From positions 1 to 29,095 of the forward strand of contig CAYJHS010000002.1 of the NCBI GenBank assembly GCA_964369815.1: a DNA stretch of 29,095 nt, given 5' to 3'. This document shows, piece after piece, positions 1-11,749 of the stretch (within the stretch, counting starts at the first letter, position 1; every line of letters begins with the position of its first letter). This DNA comes from an uncultured Desulfovibrionaceae bacterium. GTDB lineage: Bacteria > Desulfobacterota > Desulfovibrionia > Desulfovibrionales > Desulfovibrionaceae. The translations under genes were made by a program, and so were the position numbers. The notes under the pieces are model-generated. The model saw only the letters and a program-made list of their open reading frames with translations, did not search any database and was not told the DNA's origin.

Positions 1-15
1 AGCAGCGGATGAGCT

Positions 16-44
16 TTATGCCCTAGTTGCTGTCATCTTGTCAA
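16..44 (-). promoter_or_regulatory. Putative sigma70 promoter, downstream member of a tandem pair (possible rrn P2)
   Basis: Perfect TTGACA at 44..39 on the minus strand, an A-tract UP-like region upstream (49-78), a weak -10 (CATAAA) and a GC-rich discriminator-like stretch. It points off the left edge of the window. Confidence 0.5.
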
Positions 45-130
45 CAACTTTTTTCGTTTTTTTGAAAATTTATTTTTTCAGAAAAACGCCGCCCAACTTT
101 GCGCTCACCCATTGGTGACCTGCTCCGTTT

Positions 131-170
131 GGCGGAAAGGCAATCTGCCCTAAACACACCCTACTGTCAA
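131..170 (-). promoter_or_regulatory. Putative sigma70 promoter, upstream member of a tandem pair (possible rrn P1)
   Basis: TTGACA at 170..165, 17-bp spacer, CAGATT, then GC-rich GCCTTTCCGCC. An AT-rich UP-like tract lies at 171-200. Confidence 0.5.
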
Positions 171-296
171 CAAATATTTTAAATATTTTTTATTTTTCGT
201 TTTATACATACACAAGCAGTTAATATTATATTCTTTTTAGAATGCTACTTTTTCTACCGCTTTTACAACTTCGCATGTGAGTAGCTTTAAAACCAC

Positions 297-378
297 GCTG
301 CATGCGGACAGAGCCTAAAAATACTTGTATCAATTACATCGATGCCAATTGTATTTTTAGGCTCTGTCCGCATGCAGC
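297..378. repeat. Perfect 28-bp inverted repeat with 26-nt spacer
   Basis: GCTGCATGCGGACAGAGCCTAAAAATAC (297-324) is the reverse complement of 351-378. Confidence 0.9.
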
Positions 379-422
379 TTTATTGTGCGTGTGGCTACAA
401 TTCTGTAATTACCAAAAATAAA

Positions 423-467
423 GTCACCTATGAGGATTTTGCAAAATGCAATAACCTCATAGGTGAC
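423..467 (-). terminator. Long hairpin downstream of ackA (possible terminator, also a repeat-family member)
   Basis: GTCACCTATGAGG (423-435) pairs with CCTCATAGGTGAC (455-467), extending to a 21-bp stem with 2 mismatches. It starts 25 nt after the ackA stop. Confidence 0.6.
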
Positions 468-492
468 GTATGCTTACTATATATCGTACTTC

Positions 493-1701
493 TTACGCGT
501 TTAAGACTTCTAATGTCGCTTCAGCGATTTGCAATTCCTCATTGGTGGGGATGACCAGCACTGGGATTTTGGAGTCAGCGGTGCTGATGGCACGGGCATG
601 CCCACGGCGGATGCTATTTTCTTGTACGTCAAGCTTAATGCCAAGCTCTTCAAGGCCGCTCACCACTCCAGCCCGCACAAAGTCGTCATTTTCGCCAATG
701 CCAGCTGTGAAGACGATGGCATCCACACGCCCAAGCAAGAAGAAATAGGCACCTAGCTGCTTTTTGATACTGCGGCACAGCATGTCAAAGGCCAGTTGCG
801 CTTTCACGTCGCCTTCTTCTCTCTTGGCGTGAATGTCACGCATATCGCTCATGCCGCAAATACCTTCCAGCCCTGATTTTTTATTCATGAGCGTATCCAC
901 CTCGGCGGTGGACAGTCCCATTTTATCTTGTAAAAATGGGACAATAGCAGGGTCGATGGTGCCGCAACGAGTACCCATCATAAGCCCTTCAAGGGGGGTC
1001 AAGCCCATAGAAGTATCCACACAAATGCCACCCTTTACCGCCGTGGCAGAGGAACCATTGCCTAGATGCAAGGTGATGGAATTGAGTTCACTTTGCGGCT
1101 TGCCCAAGAATTCTGCGGTTTTTTTGGCAATATACTTATGGGACGTACCGTGAAAACCATAGCGGCGCACTTGCAACTTCTCATAAACTTCATAGGATAG
1201 AGGGTAAATATACGCAGCAGGTTCAAGACTTGCACCAAATTCTGTGTCGAAGACCCCCACATTGGGCACACCAGGGAGTAACTTTTCCGCTACCTCAATA
1301 CCCATAAGGTTCGCAGGATTATGCAAAGGACACAGGGAAGTATATTTTTCTATGATGGCTTTTACTTTGGCATCAATACGCACTGGCGTTTTAATATCCT
1401 CGCCTCCATGCACCACACGATGCCCAATGGCACCAATTTCCTTCACATCTTTTATAACACCACACTCAGCGTCGATCAGCAACTTGATGACCTCGTCCAT
1501 ACCTTCCACATGAGTAGGGAAAGCCTTGTCTAGCACAATCTTCTTTTCCTTCTCGGTATCGGGATACATTTTATGGCTGAGCTTGCCCATGGCGGCACCG
1601 ATGCGCTCTACAACGCCGGAGCACAACACAGACTTATCAGTCATTTCAAAAAGTTGATATTTGCAGGAAGAAGAACCGGCATTAATAACAAGAATTTTCA
1701 T
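493..1701 (-). CDS. ackA: Acetate kinase
   Basis: 402 aa with MKILVINAGSSS, GHRVVHGG, PLHNP, RRYGFHGTSH, HLGNGSS, FTAGIGEN and IPTNEEL motifs. Confidence 0.97.
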   Translation of the reverse strand: MKILVINAGSSSCKYQLFEMTDKSVLCSGVVERIGAAMGKLSHKMYPDTEKEKKIVLDKAFPTHVEGMDEVIKLLIDAECGVIKDVKEIGAIGHRVVHGGEDIKTPVRIDAKVKAIIEKYTSLCPLHNPANLMGIEVAEKLLPGVPNVGVFDTEFGASLEPAAYIYPLSYEVYEKLQVRRYGFHGTSHKYIAKKTAEFLGKPQSELNSITLHLGNGSSATAVKGGICVDTSMGLTPLEGLMMGTRCGTIDPAIVPFLQDKMGLSTAEVDTLMNKKSGLEGICGMSDMRDIHAKREEGDVKAQLAFDMLCRSIKKQLGAYFFLLGRVDAIVFTAGIGENDDFVRAGVVSGLEELGIKLDVQENSIRRGHARAISTADSKIPVLVIPTNEELQIAEATLEVLNA

Positions 1702-1732
1702 ACATTTTCCTCAAGATATTTTTTAATATAGG

Positions 1733-1815
1733 CGCGTTTTGAAACGGGACGGGGCGGTGGGGAGGGAAAAACCTTTTTGGCGCTAGCAAAAGTTTTTCCC
1801 GCCCCCACAAAAAAC
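1733..1815 (-). repeat. Intergenic G-run/C-run hairpin repeat (family A)
   Basis: GGGAAAAAC(C)TTTT...AAAAGTTTTTCCC hairpin. The 20-mer at 1774-1793 is the exact reverse complement of 24992-25011. Confidence 0.75.
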
Positions 1816-1829
1816 ATCCCCCATCAAAA

Positions 1830-3956
1830 CTATTCTTTTTTCTCAGCGGCGGCCTGAATAGCGGTAATAGCCACAGTATTGACAATATCCGCCACAGTGC
1901 ACCCCCGAGAAAGATCATTCACTGGCTTATTCAGCCCTTGCAATACCGGTCCAATGGCAATGGCCCCAGCAGCTCTTTGTACAGCTTTATACGTGTTATT
2001 ACCCGTATTTAAATCTGGAAAAACAAAAACCGTCGCCTTGCCGGCTACTTTACTGTCGGGCAACTTGGTGCTTGCCACTTCAGGGTCGATGGCTGCATCA
2101 TATTGAATGGGGCCTTCTAGCAAGAGGTCAGGATTTTTTTCCTTGGCGATTTTTGTGGCTTCAACCACTTTTTCCACATCGGCACCCTTGCCGGACGAAC
2201 CAGTAGAATAGGACAACATGGCCACACGTGGTTCTATACCAAAGACAGAAGCCGTGTGCGCAGAGGCCAGTGCAATTTCCGACAATTCATTGGCGGTGGG
2301 ATTGGGGATAACGGCGCAGTCACCAAAGGCTAACACTCTATCCTTAAGGCACATCAAAAAGACCGAGGATACCGTTTGACAGCCAGGCTTGGTCTTAATG
2401 AATTCAAAAGCCGGACGAATGGTGTGAGCCGTGGTATTCACAGCGCCGGAAACCATACCATCGGCGTCATTTTTATAGACCATCATGGTACCAAAATAGG
2501 TGGCGTCAATCATACGCTCACGAGCGGCCTCAATAGTCAGTCCTTTGTGCTTGCGTAGCTCATAATAGGTATTGGCATAGTCTTCGTACTGCGGAGAAAG
2601 CTCCGGCTGAATGATGCGTACCCCCGAAAGATCAAGTCCTAAATCGACGATTTTTTTTGCAATATTTTCGGCTTTACCAAGCACAATAATTTCTGCCACA
2701 TCACGACGCAGGAGAATGTCCGTGGCTTGCAAGATACGCTCTTCCTGCCCTTCAGCAAGCACTATGCGCATTTTATTGTGACGGGCTTTTTCGATGAGAT
2801 CAAACTCAAACATCATGGGGGTTACCCGAGTGGGCTTGTCGGTGACCAGACGATTACCGATTTCTTTGGAGTTGACATGCCGCTCAAACAGCCCCAGAGC
2901 GGTGCTGATTTTGAGGAGGTTGTCCGGCTCAATGCGTCCATAAAGCGCCGAGAGCATTTGTACTGTTTTATAAGTATGGTGCTCAGTCAGCAATATGGGT
3001 ACAGGCACCCCTGTCCAGCCTTCGAGAAGCTGTTGCACATTTTCCGGCAAACGCAAGCCACCGGTAAGGAGAACACCGGAAATGTCAGAATAGGCAGAAG
3101 ACACACGAGAAGCCAGTGAGGCCAGTACAATGTCAGCCCTATCACCAGGAGTAATAATAAGGTTACCATCAGTAATATAATCTAAAAAATTATGCACTTG
3201 CATGGCGGCGATAAGATATTCACCCACAAGGCTGTCCATGCGATTGGCACCATAAAGGGTTTCTGCCCCAAGCCATTTAGCCACATCAGACATGGTAGGT
3301 TTACCAAGGGTAGGCTCATCGGGGACAGTATAAATGAGCAATTCCTTATGATCATTGTCTTCTTTGGTATTTTTACAAGTGCTAAGGGCTTCTCGTAGAT
3401 CGCTTTTTTCCGTTTCGGTATAGTCAGCTCTATTAATGATAACAGAAAGCACATCTACATGCTTAGCTTCTAATTGGTCAAGAACAGTCTTTGTACCTTC
3501 AATAACCTCGTCAAGGTTTTTGCCATGCCCAAGGCCAATGACCAACATGACAGAACCAAGGTTGGCGGCAATGTCAGCATTAAGTTCAAATTCAAAGGAA
3601 GCATCTTGCCCCACAAAGTCCGTACCTTCGCAGACTACGAAATCATGCTCTTCTACGAGACTATGATATTTTTGCAAAATATTTTGGATAAGCTGATTGC
3701 GCTGTCCGTAGTTAATAAGATGACGCGCTTCTTCAAGGGTGTAAGCAAAAGCATCGGTATAGTTCTGCTCAAGCTTAAAATAATCGAGCATCAGGCTGAT
3801 ATCATGGTCTTTGTCGTCAAGAATGGGCTCGTTGATAATAGGGCGGAAAAAAGCTACTTTGCGCATTTTACGGGTAAGCAACTGCATAACCCCAAGAACA
3901 AGAGCAGACTTTCCGGAACGTGCTTCCGTCGCTGTAATATAAAGGCTTTTATACAT
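1830..3956 (-). CDS. pta: Phosphate acetyltransferase, long form with N-terminal BioD-like P-loop and DRTGG domains
   Basis: 708 aa with N-terminal ARSGKS, ITPGDR, and C-terminal PTA motifs LSYST, GPIQYDAA, FPDLNTGNNTYKAVQR and KPVNDLSRGC. Confidence 0.96.
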   Translation of the reverse strand: MYKSLYITATEARSGKSALVLGVMQLLTRKMRKVAFFRPIINEPILDDKDHDISLMLDYFKLEQNYTDAFAYTLEEARHLINYGQRNQLIQNILQKYHSLVEEHDFVVCEGTDFVGQDASFEFELNADIAANLGSVMLVIGLGHGKNLDEVIEGTKTVLDQLEAKHVDVLSVIINRADYTETEKSDLREALSTCKNTKEDNDHKELLIYTVPDEPTLGKPTMSDVAKWLGAETLYGANRMDSLVGEYLIAAMQVHNFLDYITDGNLIITPGDRADIVLASLASRVSSAYSDISGVLLTGGLRLPENVQQLLEGWTGVPVPILLTEHHTYKTVQMLSALYGRIEPDNLLKISTALGLFERHVNSKEIGNRLVTDKPTRVTPMMFEFDLIEKARHNKMRIVLAEGQEERILQATDILLRRDVAEIIVLGKAENIAKKIVDLGLDLSGVRIIQPELSPQYEDYANTYYELRKHKGLTIEAARERMIDATYFGTMMVYKNDADGMVSGAVNTTAHTIRPAFEFIKTKPGCQTVSSVFLMCLKDRVLAFGDCAVIPNPTANELSEIALASAHTASVFGIEPRVAMLSYSTGSSGKGADVEKVVEATKIAKEKNPDLLLEGPIQYDAAIDPEVASTKLPDSKVAGKATVFVFPDLNTGNNTYKAVQRAAGAIAIGPVLQGLNKPVNDLSRGCTVADIVNTVAITAIQAAAEKKE

Positions 3957-4022
3957 AGGGCACCTACTTCAATATAAGCAAGGGGATGAAAACTCCACCC
4001 CCTTACTCAATGATTACTTATA

Positions 4023-7652
<3,630 letters not shown>

Positions 7653-7942
7653 TCATGCACCGGTAATACTTGGGGTATGCCGAAAGCATACCAAAGTCCT
7701 GCGTTAATAATTTCTTGCTAACACAAAACTGTTTGATTGAACAGTCTATTTTGCGCTTTTTTATAACAAAGTTTATTTTATTTTATTTTTTAATAAGTTA
7801 CGAAAGGGTTCGCTTGTGATTTTTTTCCTTTTTTGAAAATTTTACACCATCTACGCCCCATGTAAAGCTCATATGCGAATTATTAGAAATAAGGCATACA
7901 ATAAAGTAAAACTCTCTAGCCTATTTGTAAACACTATAATAC

Positions 7943-7981
7943 AAAAAATAAGCCCCTTGTGCAATGCATTACACAAAGGGC
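7943..7981 (-). terminator. Intrinsic terminator after the RTX remnant
   Basis: GCCCCTTGTG/CACAAAGGGC stem (one mismatch) followed by TTATTTTTT on the minus strand. Similar to the hairpins at 8648-8687 and 11687-11721. Confidence 0.7.
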
Positions 7982-8031
7982 CTACATACAAAACGTATAT
8001 GGCTGTTTTTTTACAGCCAAGCTATGCTATC

Positions 8032-8425
8032 CTACACAAAATTAATAGTGACACTATCATAAGTAAAGGTAATTTCGCCGATGAGTTGGCTCGTCACATC
8101 AACATCATTGATTAAAAGCGTATCAACACCATTAGCCTCAAAGTTCTTTATTTGCACACTATGCGTAGCACCTTCACCAATGCTCAAGCCAAAAGTGTCA
8201 TTGCCACTGCCGCCATAAATGTCCGTATTTTGCAACTTTGAATAGACAGTTAAGGTGTCATTACCCTGTCCTAAGTTAACAATAGAATTAGAAACGACCC
8301 TACTCTCCCCAAAACCAGTAGTGCCAAGCATTACAACATCATGTCCGCCCAAGAGCGTATTGCCTGTGCCGGCCACACTCTTTGCATCGCCGTGTTTTAT
8401 CCGCCCCACGCATGTCACCGGAAAC
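8032..8425 (-). pseudogene. Internally deleted, frameshifted third copy of the RTX-like gene
   Basis: VSGDMRGADK in one frame, then HGDAKSV and TGNTLLGGHDVVMLGTTGFGESRVVSNSIVNLGQGNDTLTVYSKLQ in another. All are homologous to non-adjacent parts of the shared N-terminus, and they are followed by a C-terminal cap resembling that of the 933-aa protein. No homologous start or promoter is visible. Confidence 0.8.
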
Positions 8426-8502
8426 ACATACTCCATTATGTTGGCATGACAATATTGTAACTTCAAGCTCATTTATAGAAATTTTCACATCAGCCAGCAA
8501 TG

Positions 8503-8603
8503 GCCTGTATGAGGATTGGGAATGTTTTTTGAGCCATTTGCGGCGGCGAAGCGAAGCGGAGGTTCTGCACTGCGAAAAAAATTTTACCAATGCTTATACA
8601 GGC
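8503..8603. repeat. About 100-bp element with imperfect terminal inverted repeats (MITE-like)
   Basis: GCCTGTATGAGGATTGGGAATGTTTTTT versus the reverse complement of the right end, GCCTGTATAAGCATTGGTAAAATTTTTT. Internal GCGAAGCGAAGCG. Confidence 0.6.
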
Positions 8604-8647
8604 ACCCATAAGTTTATAAAATTACAATGCCGCACTACTGATATAAC

Positions 8648-8687
8648 AAAAAAAGGCCTTCATGCAATATTTTACACAAAGGCCTTT
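8648..8687 (-). terminator. Intrinsic terminator after the 933-aa RTX-like gene
   Basis: AAAGGCCTT...AAGGCCTTT stem with a T-run on the minus strand, 25 nt after the stop. Confidence 0.7.
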
Positions 8688-8712
8688 AACAATATATGCT
8701 TGTTTAGAGCAT

Positions 8713-11514
8713 CTAGGTGAAATTAACGGTTATATTACCGTGGGTAAAGCTTCCTGCACTTTCGTTAATCTGGCTCGTCACATCGGTATTACCGATAAAC
8801 AATGAATCTAATACGCCTGTCTCATTGAACTCAAAATCCTTAATTTCCACAGTCTGTTTACTGGACGCGCTGAGCTTAAAAACATCTTTACCGAAACCGG
8901 CCGTAAGCACTGCAGAACTGCCAGTAAGAGTAGCGGTGAAGGTACTCTCAAATGAGCCAATGCTCATGGTACCACCACTTAAATTCTTTATAGTTATGTC
9001 GTTAATATCATATGGTATCTGAATGTTCGCACCTGCATCAACTTGATTGAAAATAAGTTTCTCGAAAAATTTTACGTGATCCATATTCACTACACCTGAT
9101 ACTGCATCACGCACTTCAAGGGTGTCTGTATCTTCAACAAAGCCGCCATCTATTTCAATACCCGCGATTTTATCCACAGAAAGATAGTCATTAGCTGTTG
9201 CACTGAGCCTTATACTACCACCATCCATGTTGTTGATGGTTATTTTAGCATCCGTTTCACTCCCAGCCCCCAAAAGAAATTCACCTGTCTTTAAGGCTTC
9301 TACAACAATATGTTCAAAGCCTGTAACGTCGCCTATACCTAAGCTTTCGCCCACCCCAATCTCGCCAGTAAAGGTAAGAGTATCAGTGCCGCTACCACCA
9401 TCAGCATTAACTGGGTTGGGAGCACTGGCTATAGTAACAGTATCATTACCAGCACCGCCAACAATGTTAGCCCATTTTAAATTCTTTATGGTGAAAGTAT
9501 CATTACCAGCACCACCATTGACAGTACCACCATCCATGCTGGTTATATTAAATGTGTCATCACCGCCATTACCATTGACTGTGCAGTCCCCGTCAATAGC
9601 AGCTATTTTAATTGTATCAGCGGCTTCACTGCCATGTATAGTGCCACCGGCATCATTGGTGCTGTCATATTCAAGCACAACACCTGTGTCATCGGAAGTT
9701 GTCACCACAAAACCGCCTGCCCCTTGCAGGTTTATGATACCGTTAGCACCAATACCACCATCAAGATAGAGAGGATCTTGGGGGAGGGTAGAGTTCACAA
9801 AACTTCTTTCGTTCGTGACCATTTCTTTGATAACATTTTCTGCCGTTGTCGACTCAAAGTGCATCGTCAAGTCACCCACGGTGATGGATGTTTGACCACC
9901 TTCTTGGGCATTTTTGATATCCGTAGTATAATTTACACCGTCCACAAAAACGCTGTCCACAGCGGTATCAATATCACCAAGAGTTATATTGCCAGCGCTT
10001 TTAGTAATAGTAAACGTGTCTGCGCCTGCGCCACCAAGAAGCTCCATGGAGCCTGCGCTATTGCTTATATTGATGGTGTCATTAGCACCGCCGCCGTCAA
10101 TGCTTCTCGCAGCGCCCGTATTTGCCTTATAGCTAACATTTATGACATCATTGCCGCCATTGGCACTTATTTTGCCACTTTGCATGTCATCAACCGTGAT
10201 GAGGTCATTGCCCATATCTCCATGAACAGTGCCAGCCTTCATGGTAGTGACTGTTATGGTATCACGCGCAGCATCGTCGGCATTGGCTGTGTTATTGGTA
10301 TATACAGAGCCACTATGTAAATTCTTTATGCTAATAACATCCGCACCAAAACCACCCAAAACAGCAGCCGAGCCATAAAGATTGTTCACCGTTATTTTAT
10401 CAGCGCCATATCCACCATCCACAAGGGCAGTACCGCTCGCTTGCCCCACAAAAACAGTATCACCACCACCCAAAGTATACGCCTTACCACTGCTGAGTTG
10501 CTTTATAGAAATATTTTCAGCAGCGCTTGTGCCATTGAGAGTGCCACCGCTACCCACTTCGGCAAAAACATACTTTTCAAAATCTACAACTTTCACACCA
10601 CTATTAAGAAGGTTTGCCCCCATGCTAAAAGTTGTGGTGATGGCTTTACCAAGCTCAAGGGTATCGTTGGTGCCGCCACCGCCGCTTATCTGGGATATGG
10701 TGCCTGTATTGATAGTTTCATTAACAGTGATATAATCATCACCCAATCCGCCCAAAATACTCTTCATATTTTCAAGGCTATTTACCGTGATGGTATCATT
10801 ACCACTGCCGCCATTAATGCTTGTACTTTGCAACTTTGAATAGGCAACCAAGGTATCATTGCCCTGACCTAAATCGATAAGAGAGTCGGAAACAACCCTA
10901 CTTTCTCCAAAGGTGGTCGTACCAAGCGTTACAACATCATGTCCGCCCAAGAGCTTATTACCTGTGCCAGTTATGGTCTTTACATCACCATAAATTTCTA
11001 CATGGCTGGAACTACCTCTAAGCGTAATAATATCACTGCCGGCGGTAAACGTTTTATTGGTACCGCTGAAGGTCTCAAGGTCACCTGAAATAAGCGCTTT
11101 ATTGCTTGCTGTACCTGTAATACTCCCAGAAACGATTATGGTATCCTTGCCACCGGTGACCGTGCTATTGGAGACACTCTTGGCATCACCAAGTATATTG
11201 GCATCGCCGTGCGTTATTCTTAGAACAGTTATCCTGTCATTACCACCGGTGAGCTTGCTGCCACTCACCACCATGGCATCGCCGGTGATAGTAGCATTTT
11301 TTAAGTACTCCGTAGACGCATCAATGGTGTCATTGCCGCCCTTAATGGTGGACTTATCTGCACCGCGTATATCACCGGAAACAACACGATGCTCAGTATC
11401 ACTTGGCCCTATGATATCATCAATGACTGTCTTTTGTGACTTGGCTGTATAGGTCTTGGATGTTTGTTTAGTGCCAGTATCAAGAAATAAATCCTTAGTG
11501 TTATCGTAGGCCAT
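8713..11514 (-). CDS. RTX-like calcium-binding repeat protein (933 aa), probable type I-secreted surface or S-layer-like protein
   Basis: Many GGxGxD/GxGNDT nonapeptides; rich in G/S/T/D/N; no N-terminal signal peptide. GGGAGGGA RBS before the ATG. First 553 aa are identical to 11750..15610. Confidence 0.85.
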   Translation of the reverse strand: MAYDNTKDLFLDTGTKQTSKTYTAKSQKTVIDDIIGPSDTEHRVVSGDIRGADKSTIKGGNDTIDASTEYLKNATITGDAMVVSGSKLTGGNDRITVLRITHGDANILGDAKSVSNSTVTGGKDTIIVSGSITGTASNKALISGDLETFSGTNKTFTAGSDIITLRGSSSHVEIYGDVKTITGTGNKLLGGHDVVTLGTTTFGESRVVSDSLIDLGQGNDTLVAYSKLQSTSINGGSGNDTITVNSLENMKSILGGLGDDYITVNETINTGTISQISGGGGTNDTLELGKAITTTFSMGANLLNSGVKVVDFEKYVFAEVGSGGTLNGTSAAENISIKQLSSGKAYTLGGGDTVFVGQASGTALVDGGYGADKITVNNLYGSAAVLGGFGADVISIKNLHSGSVYTNNTANADDAARDTITVTTMKAGTVHGDMGNDLITVDDMQSGKISANGGNDVINVSYKANTGAARSIDGGGANDTINISNSAGSMELLGGAGADTFTITKSAGNITLGDIDTAVDSVFVDGVNYTTDIKNAQEGGQTSITVGDLTMHFESTTAENVIKEMVTNERSFVNSTLPQDPLYLDGGIGANGIINLQGAGGFVVTTSDDTGVVLEYDSTNDAGGTIHGSEAADTIKIAAIDGDCTVNGNGGDDTFNITSMDGGTVNGGAGNDTFTIKNLKWANIVGGAGNDTVTIASAPNPVNADGGSGTDTLTFTGEIGVGESLGIGDVTGFEHIVVEALKTGEFLLGAGSETDAKITINNMDGGSIRLSATANDYLSVDKIAGIEIDGGFVEDTDTLEVRDAVSGVVNMDHVKFFEKLIFNQVDAGANIQIPYDINDITIKNLSGGTMSIGSFESTFTATLTGSSAVLTAGFGKDVFKLSASSKQTVEIKDFEFNETGVLDSLFIGNTDVTSQINESAGSFTHGNITVNFT

Positions 11515-11572
11515 GGTGTTTCCCTCCCAAGATTAATAATGGCTAATAATGCTCATAGTGAAAAACTCTATT
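9854..11572. repeat. Direct repeat copy 1 (1719 bp), with near-identity continuing to about 11650
   Basis: Matches 13950-15668 at offset 4096. The main and alternative-frame ORF translations are identical in both copies. Confidence 0.93.
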
Positions 11573-11596
11573 TAAAGTTATAATTACAATATCCAC

Positions 11597-11639
11597 CACA
11601 TAACGTAAACCTAAAGCCCTGTCAACGTAAGCGCTTACG
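11597..11639 (-). promoter_or_regulatory. Putative promoter (-35 TTGACA) with adjacent perfect palindrome CGTAAGCGCTTACG
   Basis: TTGACA at 11625..11620 and a 14-bp palindrome at 11626-11639. The -10 is weak (TATGTG at 17-bp spacing). Conserved upstream of the paralog. Confidence 0.6.
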
Positions 11640-11686
11640 AGGCGCACTTACGCTACACATGCTCATCAGAGACCTTTGCATAGCTC

Positions 11687-11721
11687 ATAAAAAGCCCCCT
11701 GCAATGCACGCAGAGGGCTTT
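11687..11721 (-). terminator. Intrinsic terminator after the 1286-aa RTX-like gene
   Basis: AAAGCCCCCTGC...GCAGAGGGCTTT stem with a T-run on the minus strand, 28 nt after the stop. Confidence 0.7.
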
Positions 11722-11749
11722 ATCTAAATTAAATTCTTACCAAAAAAAC

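Noticed and set aside
85..150. Possible tRNA in the GC-rich patch
   Set aside because: No cloverleaf or TTCGA T-loop is recognisable on either strand.
297..467. Possible CRISPR array or intact IS
   Set aside because: The repeats are inverted, not regularly spaced direct repeats with spacers, and no cas gene or transposase ORF is present.
7810..7845. Possible Rex site upstream of por (TTGTGATTTTTTT...)
   Set aside because: Only one half-site matches and the region is very AT-rich, so the support is insufficient.
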